33,278 bases of DNA. It comes from Octopus bimaculoides (Eukaryota). The notes beneath the pieces were generated by a model, which saw nothing but the letters and a program-made list of their open reading frames with translations, ran no database searches and had not been told where the DNA came from. Location: the NCBI RefSeq assembly GCF_001194135.2, contig NC_068981.1, forward strand, positions 11,917,823 through 11,951,100, in the 5' to 3' direction. A program made the position numbers and the translations under genes. Positions 1-11,063 of the stretch are shown piece after piece; positions within the stretch are counted from its first letter, which is position 1, and each line of letters opens with the position of its first letter.

Positions 1-23
1 CACACATATATTTTCATTTTGTC

Positions 24-795
24 TTTTTGTAGTTTCAGTTCAGAGCTGTGACCTTGCAGGAGTACCGCCGTTTTCCTAATTACTCAAAGCCTCAACTAAT
101 ATATGGCGGTTGGTGAAGGATGGACAGTGATGTCGCTACCCTCATTTGAATCTCTTGCCGAGAGGTAGCTTCAGCTGGAGCTCGCAATAGGAAGAAGTTC
201 AGTTTTGATTTGAAAACACATACATCCACTTTGTGTAGATCTCTTAGGCTATTTGGGAGAATATTAAAAAGCCGAGAGCCCCTGAAACCCACGCTGTCGC
301 AGAGACCGGTCTCGAAGTGCGATGGCATTGCTGGGATCTTTGGCACTATGCAGTGTCGACCCGTTCTGGCACTGGTGTAGCTTTCAATGTCAAAATTTGG
401 CACAGTACCTTCCAGGATCTTACAGATGTATATTACTGCATACCTCTCATACCTTCGCTCCAGTGAGTAGAGTCTTGCGTGCTTCAGCTTTTTCCGGTAG
501 CTGAGCTATTGCAATGCGACGATCTTGTTTGTGAGGCTTCGTTGGATTGCTACAAGGACCGCTGTTAATTTTACACTGGTGGGTGTCCATAGTTAGGAAC
601 AGTAATCCAGGCGGCTGAGGACGAATGTCCTGCAGAGGACCATCATGGTTTCCTTTTCGCTGGTTCTCAACGTTCTCAGGATACATCTAGCCAGTCGTCT
701 GCACTTTGTCCCCATACTGGTAATGTGCACGTGGAAAGAGGTATCATCACTCATGTCGATACCAAGGTCCCTCACTGATTTAGGCTTTGGGATTG
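24..795 (-). mobile_element. CR1/L2-group LINE, 5'-truncated 3' fragment (RT C-terminus plus 3' tail), decayed
   Basis: ORF-track segments 593-862 (SVRDLGIDMSDD...RLDYCS) and 92-403 (PNFDIESYTSARTGRHC...RLFNILP...FKSKLNFFL) match the post-RT C-terminal region of CR1/L2/Jockey-group LINEs. The 3' tail lies at 24-73. Confidence 0.85.
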
Positions 796-817
796 TGTGT
801 GTGTGTATATATATACA

Positions 818-849
<32 letters not shown>

Positions 850-890
850 GATACACACACACACATTTATATATATATATATATATATAA
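796..890. repeat. Compound microsatellite (GT)n-(TA)n-(CATA)n-(CA)n-(TA)n
   Basis: Directly visible. Confidence 0.95.
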
Positions 891-1445
891 ATGTAAAATT
901 ATAAATAGCGTCAGAAATATATGACAAAATATTATATATTATAATAAATTCTCATTAACGACAATTTCGGAATTGAAATCTACAACAATCTCCGAACTGG
1001 ACGGCACTGCGCAGTACCAACGGTCTCATCTTCTCCATCAAGGATACGAACCCAATACTGTAATAGCGTGGGACTCAAGGGCCCACAAATTTTTAATGTC
1101 CTGCCATAGAACATCAGGGTTCTGCAAAGTATAGACATGGAAGTCTTCAAAAAATTCTAGTCCTTTTTATCTGCAATTCCGGACGAACCCACATCGTGGC
1201 AGGAAACACAAAGAAGAGCGGAGCGGCAACGTCCAACTCGCTACTTTACCAGAAGCTATACTGGAGAAATTTCGCGGACGCAGTAAAGGCAGTGCACCAG
1301 CATGGCCTCAACCTCATGCCGAAACCCATAAAATCTAAAAGATAAATTGTTATTAACTGTAATTGTCGTTAAATAAGAATTTCCAATGGTAAAATAAATT
1401 TTATCAAAATATATTCCTCGCGTTGTTGATAATTTTATACGTGCA
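885..1445. repeat. Imperfect inverted repeat (arms about 885-966 and 1361-1445) enclosing a LINE fragment
   Basis: 946-966 aaattctcattaacgacaatt matches the reverse complement of 1361-1382 (aaattcttatttaacgacaatt). Weaker similarity extends about 60 bp further out on both arms. Confidence 0.55.
960..1345 (+). mobile_element. CR1/L2-group LINE 3' fragment, same family as 24-795, opposite strand
   Basis: Manual translation from 960: DNFGIEIYNNLRTGRHCAVP...CNSVGLKGPQIFNVLP*NIRVLQSIDMEVFKKF*SFLSAIPDEPTSWQETQRRA, collinear with the 92-403 ORF. The tail GGCAGTGCACCAGCATGGCC starts at about 1288. Confidence 0.8.
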
Positions 1446-1564
1446 CTATGTTTTTATTTGGTATCGTATTATATATTCTATATTTTCTGTAGAATGATAC
1501 ATTAAGGAGCTTTCTTTTTCTACGAGTATCACCGGATTAGTTGAATCCATATATTGTGACTTAA

Positions 1565-1785
1565 ATATATATATATATATATACATGCACACCACCGCTA
1601 CAAACACACACATATATACTTACGTGTGTGTGTGTAGGTATACATGTACATACATACACACACACATGCACACGCACATATATATATACACACACAGAAA
1701 TAGATAGATAGATAAGTAGGTAAGTAAATAGGCAGGCATAGAGATACATAGATAGATAGTTATACATATCTCCGTGTGAGTGCAT
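1565..1785. repeat. Compound (TA)/(CA)/(GT)/(GATA) microsatellite block
   Basis: Directly visible; explains the low-complexity ORFs at 1561-1820. Confidence 0.9.
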
Positions 1786-1880
1786 GTGAGGGTTTCATAA
1801 TTGATTTCAAATATTGGCACAAAGCCACTAAATATTTTCTAGTTAAAAGCGAAAATGTCTTAATTTAGAATATAAATAAA

Positions 1881-2576
1881 CCTCAAAGACTTTCGCAAAA
1901 TTCTCTTCCCTTAAATTACGAAAATCTATAAAAATTATGATTATAACTAGTTGAAATAAAATTTCAAAAATAAGGAGTAATATTGATAAGAAAACAACAG
2001 CAAGAGATAATTAAATAGATAATTAGAAAAAATACTGCAAGTTTTAGTGAATAATCTTGTAAAAAAAAATAACGGATTTATGAAAAATACAATTTGAAAT
2101 ATGGTTTAGATGATATGAAGCAAATCTAACTTACTTTGAAGAAGAGATATGTCTAAAATGAATTTGAAAACTGAAGTAGGGAAAATAACTCCAAGTAAAA
2201 CTCATATAAAACAATAAAATGGTGATGGGGTATACATGAATATAAAATATCGGTGGGTTAATAATTCTGTTTATTTAGTGGTTCGTAACATGAATAGTTA
2301 TGAAAGTACCTCCATCGAAGAAGCAATTATTTTTCCATAGACGACAAAATTAGTAATCACAAAATAATTACGTTTATGCAATTACAAATTCAGTTCAAAA
2401 TTAACTTATTGTTGCTGCAAATTATTAACGATTCATATGCGAAAATCATTAAAGTAGAGCAATTTCATACACCTGTATACATCAATATAGGGAAATATAT
2501 ATTTAGATATATAAATAGATTTATTGACAAACCTACAAATGCAGATGGTAACGTCATACAAATTAGCTTTAAGTAG
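1881..2576 (+). pseudogene. Possible heavily decayed Maverick/Polinton minor capsid (penton) gene
   Basis: A-rich coding-like strand. Broken frames give LPLNYENL*KL*L*LVEIKF (about 1900-1964), YVY (2369) and QIINDSYAKIIKVEQFHTPVYINIGK...NADGNVIQISF (2418-2573). These resemble penton motifs as I recall them. Matched by eye only. Confidence 0.25.
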
Positions 2577-2784
2577 ATTCATTTGAGCACAGTAAGATAA
2601 TTATAGCTCGAATGTTATGTGTGCGCGTGTGTGTGTATGTGTGCGTTCGTGTGTGTGTGTGTATTAAGCGCGCGCGCGAGTTCATTAAAATTTAGATGTA
2701 AAATCGAAAAGTTGATTCCGAAGTTATATCAAAACATACTCTAAGAAAAAGTATTCAGTAATCCTCCAGTTTGCTTTCAATTCT

Positions 2785-2801
2785 ATTCATACACACACAC
2801 A

Positions 2802-2861
<60 letters not shown>

Positions 2862-2878
2862 CATATACATATATATAT
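2785..2878. repeat. (CA)n microsatellite
   Basis: Directly visible. Confidence 0.95.
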
Positions 2879-2996
2879 TTATTTAAAAGAAGATATTAAT
2901 CCATATATTTATCTGTGTGTTTGTGTCTGTGCGTGTGTATAGATGCAAAGAAACTGACTAATAGATAGACAGACTGAGAGACTGGTGTACATATAT

Positions 2997-3200
2997 TCAT
3001 TTATTCTTTTACTTGTTTCAGTCATTTAACTGCGGCCATGCTGGAGGACCACCTTTTGTCGAACAAATCCACCCAGGACTTATTATTTGTAAGCCTAGTA
3101 CTGATACTATCTGTCTCTTTTGCTGAACTACTATGTTACGGGTACGTAAACACACTCACACTGGTTGTCAGGCGATAGTGCGGGAGACAAAGAGAGACAC
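2997..3200 (-). mobile_element. tRNA-derived SINE family A, 3' half
   Basis: Collinear with the full copies at 21902-22277 and 30392-30780 (tttcagtcattt(a/g)actgcggccatgctggag...). Confidence 0.85.
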
Positions 3201-3215
3201 ACAAACACACACACG

Positions 3216-3248
<33 letters not shown>

Positions 3249-3657
3249 GCATATATGGGTACAGGATGTCACCAAGAGTAAACAACATGAAATACGAAAG
3301 AGTTGATTACGCTAACAATGAGGGAAACAAATGGAAAGCAGGACAATGGGTACACGAAATGAAACTGAATGAAAACAAACATGCAGGGTCTTATACCAGA
3401 ACGAATGTAAAATAGTGGACCCTGGTGAAATAATTGTTTGACAAGAGCATTGATAGAAAACAGAGATGGGATACGTCCAGTTCTTAGGACAGTCCTGAAA
3501 GAAAAGAAATATGATTACGTAAGGAAAAGAAAGATGGACGATGGTTACGTGTAAGCAACAAGACAGAGGAAATGAGAAAGAGGGGGAGAGAGACAGATAG
3601 AAAACGGTGAAGGGAAGGAAAAGGGGATTGTTAGTGACGTGTTGTACCCATATATGC
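3249..3657. mobile_element. Foldback element of about 410 bp with terminal inverted repeats (MITE or inverted Penelope-like ends)
   Basis: GCATATATGGGTACA at 3249-3263 is a perfect inverted match to 3643-3657. The match extends imperfectly to about 24 bp (ggatgtcac versus acacgtcac). Confidence 0.55.
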
Positions 3658-3923
3658 TTATGCATAATACATACACACACACACACACACATACACACAT
3701 ATGTATATATATATATATATATAATTATTATTTGATTGAACGCCACCCATCCATTTCCAACTACGTTTATCGTAATATTTTTGATGCGACTGAATACTTT
3801 TTCCTGCCCATCGTTTACTCGCCCATTCTTTTCTCTAATCCCCTTTTTCTCCCCTTCACCATTTTCTCTCACTCGTTGCACACATGTGGTCATCGTTAAT
3901 CGTTCTTTTCCTCCTGTGATCAT

Positions 3924-4343
3924 NNNNNNNNNNNNNNNNNNNNNNNNNNNNNNNNNNNNNNNNNNNNNNNNNNNNNNNNNNNNNNNNNNNNNNNNNNNNN
4001 NNNNNNNNNNNNNNNNNNNNNNNNNNNNNNNNNNNNNNNNNNNNNNNNNNNNNNNNNNNNNNNNNNNNNNNNNNNNNNNNNNNNNNNNNNNNNNNNNNNN
4101 NNNNNNNNNNNNNNNNNNNNNNNNNNNNNNNNNNNNNNNNNNNNNNNNNNNNNNNNNNNNNNNNNNNNNNNNNNNNNNNNNNNNNNNNNNNNNNNNNNNN
4201 NNNNNNNNNNNNNNNNNNNNNNNNNNNNNNNNNNNNNNNNNNNNNNNNNNNNNNNNNNNNNNNNNNNNNNNNNNNNNNNNNNNNNNNNNNNNNNNNNNNN
4301 NNNNNNNNNNNNNNNNNNNNNNNNNNNNNNNNNNNNNNNNNNN
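3924..4343. other. Assembly gap (N run)
   Basis: N characters. Confidence 1.
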
Positions 4344-4682
4344 CAGAGGGAGAGAGAGAGGAAGAGAGAGAGAAAGGCAGATAGAGAGATAAAAAGGTAG
4401 ATAAAACAAGTTTTATATCGAGTAAGTCAAGATGCTTTATGAACAGAAAAATCAGAAGAGTGACATAGAGAGTAGGGGAGAGAGGAAGGGAGGGAGAGGC
4501 AGAGGTGGGCAGTGAGAGGGAGGGAACGAGCGGGAGTGGGGGATGGGGAGAGAAAGGGAAGAAAAGGGAGATAGAGATTGGGGGAAAGAGAGTGTAGTGA
4601 GAGAGAGAAAGGGATCCAGAGAGTGGGGGAGAGAGGAACGGAGAGAAAGTGTGAGGGAGAGATTGGAAGGGGGAGAGAGGGA

Positions 4683-4721
<39 letters not shown>

Positions 4722-4731
4722 NNNNNNNNNN

Positions 4732-4775
<44 letters not shown>
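4344..4775. repeat. GA-rich polypurine tract with (GA)n and a 10-N gap at 4722-4731
   Basis: Directly visible. Confidence 0.9.
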
Positions 4776-5436
4776 AATTAAGTGAGGGAGAAGCAAAAGT
4801 TATAGTACACCCTACAAAATTTATTGTATGCCATCGACATTATATTTTCATTTCAGGTATATAACAATGAGACAGTCTTATTTGTATCCGTAATAACGAT
4901 TTAAGACTGAAGACGGCACATTCATTTTATATTCCGAAATCTTTTGACAGCTTTTATTTGTAGCAATCACTCAACCAGCCTCAGTATAACACGTTGTATG
5001 TTATTGAAGACAATAAAGCCACGGAAAACTGAAGCTTCATCTGCTGTTAAAATGTCGTTTAAATTTAGTTATTTCCTCAATCTTTTTCTTTATTGTTGAT
5101 TAATATCGCAGTTAACAATCTAAACGTCTGTTCATGTCATTTAGAATATTAAAAATACATTCAATTTATTCTACAACGCAATACATTAGATGAGGCAATT
5201 TTGAAGTATTTTAGACTCTGTTAGCATCAGCCACGTAGTTGGCTTTATATTTGAAAAGTTGCATGAAATATTTTACTACCATTGAGCCAATATCATGCCA
5301 GCTTGGGGGAAAATAATGGCAGCTAAATGAAAACGTTTTGTCATATATTAAACTTACAATCTTTTCCTCGTAATGAAGTGTGTTTCGCTTTTACGAACTG
5401 CGTAAAGGAAATATTTGCGTGGTTAATAGGGTAGAC

Positions 5437-5748
5437 TGGTAAAGACCGCACCATCCTTCAGTCATGAATGACCATGGGATTGCACCTAGAAAGTTCCAAT
5501 CCGAGGCACGAGTCTGGGCAAAGTTGTCTATGGAAAGTCAGAAGTCGCCCATGCAAACCAGTCTCTACTCCCAACATTGGCAATGTTATCCAGTGGAGAG
5601 CCAAAGGCCGATTCAGCTTGGCACCTGTGATGTCACAACTCATTTTTACAGCTGAGTGAACTGGAGCAACGGGAAATAAAGTGTCTTGCTCAAGAACATA
5701 ACCTCGTCTGGGAATCGAACTCACTATCTTTACCACTGAGTCGGGCAC
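5437..5748 (-). mobile_element. tRNA-derived SINE family B (CORE-like central segment)
   Basis: Reverse complement of the 16283-16605 copy. B-box complement gggaatcgaac at 5710-5720; CORE-like cttgagcaagacac segment on the minus strand. Confidence 0.85.
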
Positions 5749-6244
5749 ATTAATGCGTGGCTAATACTAATACGAATACTCTGCTATACGCAATCAAAGG
5801 AGCATTTGAATAAAATAGTCATCTATGTGTCATACTAAATACACGTTTTTGATAGGCCACATACAGCAGGATTCTCCCTGATATAACGTCTCTCATAAAA
5901 TTATTATGCTAAAACACGGTAAAAAAGTGGCCCAGCGACAGGGTGTACACAATATAATACGTACATACATACATACATACATGCTTGCATGCATACATAT
6001 ATATATATTAGAAAAAAATAATAATAATAATAAGGTACTCAGATATCTGGATGGTTGTACATTTACTTATTTTTATTAATATGTCACATGTTTTTTTATA
6101 AATTAGCGCTTGCGTTTATTCTTGTAGATTTTCCAGATTTAATTTTTCCCTGACAACATTTGTCTCTTTTTATAGTATTATTGAATGTGCAGGGATGGGG
6201 AGAGATATATAGGATAGTAAAAGAGGGTCAGGAATGGGGGGAAA

Positions 6245-6282
6245 GTGAGAGAGAGTGTGTATGTGTGTTTTTGTGTTGGTGT

Positions 6283-6334
<52 letters not shown>

Positions 6335-6705
6335 GCCTGTGTATTTGAAAGGAGTGTCAATGGAAAAGGGAAGGAAAGGTGAAAGAAGAAAGAAGAAAAT
6401 TGTGTTTACAGCTAGTCAGTTCTGTCAATGACAAGTTGATTCTTGGCCTTTAAAATGGCAAAACTAGCTGGTTATTTAAGGTGGGTCATTGTTTGGAGGA
6501 AGTTGTCTTTTCCAAAAAATTGCCATCATTGTCCAGTGAGAGAGAGTGTGGATGTGTTTTTGTGTGTGTGTGTGTATGTGTGCGCGCATATATGTGTGTG
6601 TGCTTGTGTATCTGAAAGTAGCGTCAATGGAAATCAAAAGGAAAGAAATAAGCAAGAAAGCAAGAAGAAGGAATTGTGTTTACATCTAAATAGCTGGTTA
6701 GTTCA
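6245..6705. repeat. Degenerate direct duplication (about 6245-6425 and 6535-6705) containing (GT)n
   Basis: Both units read gagagagtgtg...(GT)n...tgtgtat(t/c)tgaaag(g/t)ag(t/c)gtcaatggaaa...gaaga...aattgtgtttaca. Confidence 0.7.
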
Positions 6706-6759
6706 AAAGAGGAAGGAGTCAAATATGAAAACCATATTGGAACTGAGTGTGTAGTCCCT

Positions 6760-8330
6760 TACTTTAGGGTAGATATCTTATTAAGCTCTCTGGTTCGATA
6801 TGTACACAGTTTTCCACACTTATCATATCTCTTCCTCTGTTTGGTCTCTTCATGTATAGGTGAACAGTGTCAGCACGTGGATGATGGGCCCCATGCATCC
6901 TTATAAGCTTTCTTGACTTCCTGTCTATCTCCTTTAGCTCCTCCTCTTTCCACTTCAGGATATTAGCGCCACATCGAACTGCTGCGACTGCGCGCGTGTT
7001 TATTGCCAAAATTATGTTTCTGGCATTCAGTTTTAAAGCCATTATTATTCTCACTAAACGTGGTTAATTTCTTTTTGTTTTTTCCTTCATGTCGTTGTGT
7101 TTGGTTCCATCTGCCTCAAGTATTCTCAAGTATTTATAACTGAGCTGAGGTTGAATTGCCTTCATCATCTCACTATTTGGCAAACCTATGCTTTCTGTTC
7201 AGACAAGCTTTCCTCACCTCATCATCATAGTAGCACATTTTGAGAGCCCAAACTCCATCTTAATATCATTAGAAAAAATCGCAGAGACTGGAGTTGGCTG
7301 TCCAGTTTTGCCTCACTTTTAGTGAACAACTTCAAATTGTCCATGAAAAGCAAGGGGTTCAGTTATTCTTTACCTCTTTCCAGGCCATAACCCAACTTCG
7401 TTTTCTTTAGTATTTCACTCAAGCTGATCATTTTTAAAACAACACCAGTAAGGACGCACTGTCCCCCAGAAGATTTCTCTCTTGATTTTTTTACTTCTCC
7501 CAATACTTGATTCCCTGTTGTCAGTTCCGTTTCCACCATTTCATATCGTTGAAAATAAGGCTTCTATTGTTTTCTGCTACACCTTACATTTCCATTGGTC
7601 TTAATAGTCAGGAGCGTAGTATCATATCGTCTGTTTTTCGTTGACGCTCAGGTTTGTGTTCCTTGTCTTGCAGTTTCTAATAAGTACATTATTAAAATCT
7701 GCAAGATCCTTCGTTCCCCAGCACCTCTTTCAGCACACTTTGTGTTCAATAGATAAAAGCCCACTTTTTCCTAAGTATCTATACAATAAACCGGCCAAAG
7801 CACTGCGTTTTTATCATTTCTGTTGTTATTTTTATGTTTCCTTGGAATTCTATATTTCTTCACCTATCTTGGAATTCGTGCATCCACTCCGCTTCATCAT
7901 TATGCTCTGCAGGTTGGTCACAGATCTCTCTTCAGAATGCCTTGCTTTCCTTTGCATCTAGATTCATTGTTACGTGTATTTGTCCATCTAACTCATGAAA
8001 CTGTTTCTTCTGATTTGCTTCAAACAATATATTTTGCTTGTGTTGTTTTGTTCAATTCCCATATCTTTCCAGTTTCGCTTTGATTCATACGACTCTTTGT
8101 TTCAATCCTTCCAATATCAATTCATACACTTTATCTCTTATTCTATATGTTCTTTCCAGGATTATTCTCATCTTTTCATTCTGTAATTCCCCTCTACTCA
8201 ATCTACTTGTTCTAAATGTCTTTTTCACTTTCCTTCTCACAAATTCTTCTATGCCAGTATGGTTCTTTATGTTCTGAATGATTTCTTCTTTTGTATTCGA
8301 TTCTATCAGTGACAACGATAGCTGCAGGCC
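6760..8330 (-). mobile_element. R4/Dong-clade RLE LINE, decayed fragment with part of the RT and an internal deletion
   Basis: Manual translation gives EHKVC*KRCWGTKD...RNCKTRNTNLS, GDS, LLFMDNLKLF, DIKMEFGLSKCA and YKYLRILE. ORF 6764-7054 reads KLNARNIILAINTRAVAAVR...DRKSRKLIRMHGAHHPRAD. These are R4/Dong-type RT motifs. The 5' side abuts (TTA)n. Confidence 0.85.
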
Positions 8331-8349
8331 AAATAATCTTGTTAGTCTC

Positions 8350-8350
<1 letters not shown>

Positions 8351-8398
<48 letters not shown>
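8351..8398. repeat. (TTA)n microsatellite
   Basis: Directly visible. Confidence 0.95.
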
Positions 8399-8829
8399 GA
8401 GTGAGAGAGCAGTGCATGCCATCACAGTGACACTGGGGTAAAATATACGAAGTCCATTATACTCATCATGACTACCCGTCTGATAAGGGTACAACAGGCA
8501 CATGCATCAAAACCATATGTGTGCGACATGGTGATCTCATATCAAGATAAACAGCGCATGACCTCGCAAGTGGGGCCCAGTTAGAATTTCCTTCAGGTCA
8601 AATAGCCCATCCCGCCCAAAAGGTCCCTGAATAAGATATGTTTAAGGGTGTTGAGCAAAACACCCATTTTTCTAAAGATCTATTATCCAAACCCCAAACA
8701 TTTCCCTTTAACACATGTCTATGTTGCTCCCCCACTCCTTCTGCTCATGATCAGAGATGCACATATCGTCAGCCACAACTGACAAGCAAATCTGTGGGAT
8801 TAAGTAGAATATTTGTTGTAGTCCATCTT
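8399..8829 (-). mobile_element. Non-coding interspersed element flanked by (TAA)n, copy 1
   Basis: Highly similar to 13479-13929 and bounded by TTA-type tracts on both sides. Strand inferred from the (TAA)n tail. Confidence 0.75.
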
Positions 8830-8930
8830 ATCATTATCATTATTATTATTATTGTTGTTATTATTATTATTATTGTTATTATTATTATTATTGAGGCAGG
8901 TGTCTACTCTTCTTCTTCTTCTTCTTCTTT

Positions 8931-8972
<42 letters not shown>

Positions 8973-9085
8973 TTTCTAGTAGTAACAGTAGTATGACGAT
9001 GTCGAAGTTGATAACGATGACAGGAATGGTAATGAGGAAGAGGATGTGGTGGATGTTGATGTGATGATGATGATGATTATGATGA
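8830..9085. repeat. Trinucleotide mosaic (ATT)n-(TCT)n-(GTA)n-(GAT)n
   Basis: Directly visible; source of the poly-L/poly-S ORF at 8852-9064. Confidence 0.9.
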
Positions 9086-11020
9086 GGGTATTGATGTCTA
9101 TTATGTCTACTCCGAAGAGAGTCTGAGTGTAATTTAATCCCTCGGGATAATTACGTATGTCTATATATCGCAGAATTTCATATTACCATTCTTGAAACAA
9201 GGGAGGATGGGAGCAATAAAGTGGGTAAGATTTGAGAATTGTGTTAGATTCCTTTGACATTAAATTTACCAAAGAATATCGATTTCTTGTGCCATTTCAA
9301 AAGGTACGCTTATTTTCTCTTTCGAGTCTGCTGTAGAACACTATATACATAACATACAGCAACATGCATTAAATTCATTCTTATTACTCGTATTTATTAC
9401 TTTCTTGAAGATCAAATCCAGTTCTTATCAAGGTTTTTAGCATGGAAAGTTTTTACCTCTATAATAATAACACGAAAACAATTTTCCTAAATCAGAGATT
9501 TTTGTAACAATCAAATGCAATCTAAAGCATGAAAATTAAGTTTTGAGCGCAGTATCACTAAATTATAATGGTGTTTATGTTCTTTATTATATTATCTCAC
9601 CATTTGCCTTTTAATTGAAGTTGTAATTAACTTTGAAGCTAAATGAAATCATTATTCATCAAATAAACGTAGGAGATGTTTGAATAATTTTTTTCTCATT
9701 TCTTTGCAGTATTGGCATTATGAAATTAATTCTGGTTACGCTAACAACATTTTACTAATTAATATTTTTTTCTTTTGCTAAATCAAATGAAAAATTATAT
9801 ATAGAATATTTAATGTGTTTTATTATTTTGTTATTCACTTCTCAGACTCTATAGCAGAGCTGAGAAATCGTTACATAACATACATTGGAATTATAATTTC
9901 CTTCTCATACTCAATGCCCTTAAACTAATCTTTCCCGTTTGTTAATAGTTTACCTGGAATAAATTCCACTTGTTATCTCTCTACACCACTGTTTCAAAAA
10001 CTTTTGTAACTCACGCCATTCTTAAGATTAATGAAAATATGTGAGCGTATATTGATCCTAAAATCAAACACTGTACTAAAAAAAAGAAGATATTTATATA
10101 TTTCATTCTAAAAATATAAATGATGTGAGCAATAGATAATTATTCAAACAATCTAAATTTTTTAGGAAAGTGGGATCGCTCATTCACTGCAAATTCAACT
10201 TAATTTACTTCCAAACTTTACGTATATTTTATAGCATTTTAATTAGTCAGAGCTGTGGACATTCAAAGTTTTACAGATGTATTTCGATTTTGATGAATAA
10301 GTTTATGCAGCATTATATAGTTGCTCTATAAAGCTAATTTTGTTTCTTTCACTCTATAATTAATGTGTTTTATAGCAGGAGAAAATGAGTGCTATGTGGA
10401 ATTAAATAATATCATAACGATAGCATATTTAAAATTTCATTTTGTTTTTATTTTTCAAACTCATTAAATATAAATTTATTATTTTTATGCTGCACTAGCT
10501 ACAACATTTCGCTCACTAATGTGTCTCGGCGCCGTGTTTAGGGTCCATTTCTGCACATTACAACACATCTGTGTGGGAAACAAGGCAATATTATAATTAA
10601 CGGTAACTAGTAATCAGATATTTTAAACATTCATACTGCATGTGTGTATAAACTTATGGTATCATTACTTAATTTCCTAAATCGTAAAGCACACATATAC
10701 TCAGACATAAAACATATATTTCACTATAACATGCAATATTCATAGAAATTATAGGCTTAATTACGCGTGAATTCGGTGTTCTGTTTCTCTGCTAACCCTA
10801 TTTCATAGTTTTTTTCCTCTGCTTCAGTTTGCCTACCGCAAGATAGACTCAACCACGCCCTCTCCCGCCCTGAACATCTCTCTGAATATATGGTTATATA
10901 CCTCTTTCTCTCTGTATCTAACTCGGTTTCTTCGTCTCCTAATTCGCTTATTCTTCTTATCTATTCCCTAGTCTCTGTTTTTTTCTTTTTCTCTTTCTGT
11001 CTTTCTTTTTTCTTTCTCCC

Positions 11021-11023
<3 letters not shown>

Positions 11024-11060
<37 letters not shown>
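11024..11060. repeat. (CT)n microsatellite
   Basis: Directly visible. Confidence 0.95.

Positions 11061-11063
<3 letters not shown>

Noticed and set aside
1795-1835. Short SINE tail-like fragment (aattgatttcaaatattggcacaaagcc)
   Set aside because: Too short to support from within-window comparison; the match rests on memory only.
2668-2678. (CG)n run next to (GT)n as a Z-DNA element
   Set aside because: Short and indistinguishable from the window's general microsatellite background.
3312-4409. Long ORFs 3312-4409 and 3736-4392 (likewise 23557-24313 and 28842-29429)
   Set aside because: Their length comes from reading through N gaps (poly-X), and the flanking parts are low-complexity or repeat sequence.
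4427-4796. Poly-SL and poly-ER ORFs
   Set aside because: Translations of a (GA)n polypurine tract.
8638-9064. Poly-I/L/S ORFs
   Set aside because: Translations of trinucleotide microsatellites.
9174-9303. Possible small exons with GTAAGA or GTACGC donors
   Set aside because: Poor acceptors and no recognisable peptide; such signals are expected by chance in AT-rich DNA.
10791-10892. Branch point, polypyrimidine tract and AG suggesting an exon at 10828-10892
   Set aside because: The donor (GTTATA) is weak, the peptide is unrecognisable and the surrounding sequence is CT-rich low complexity.
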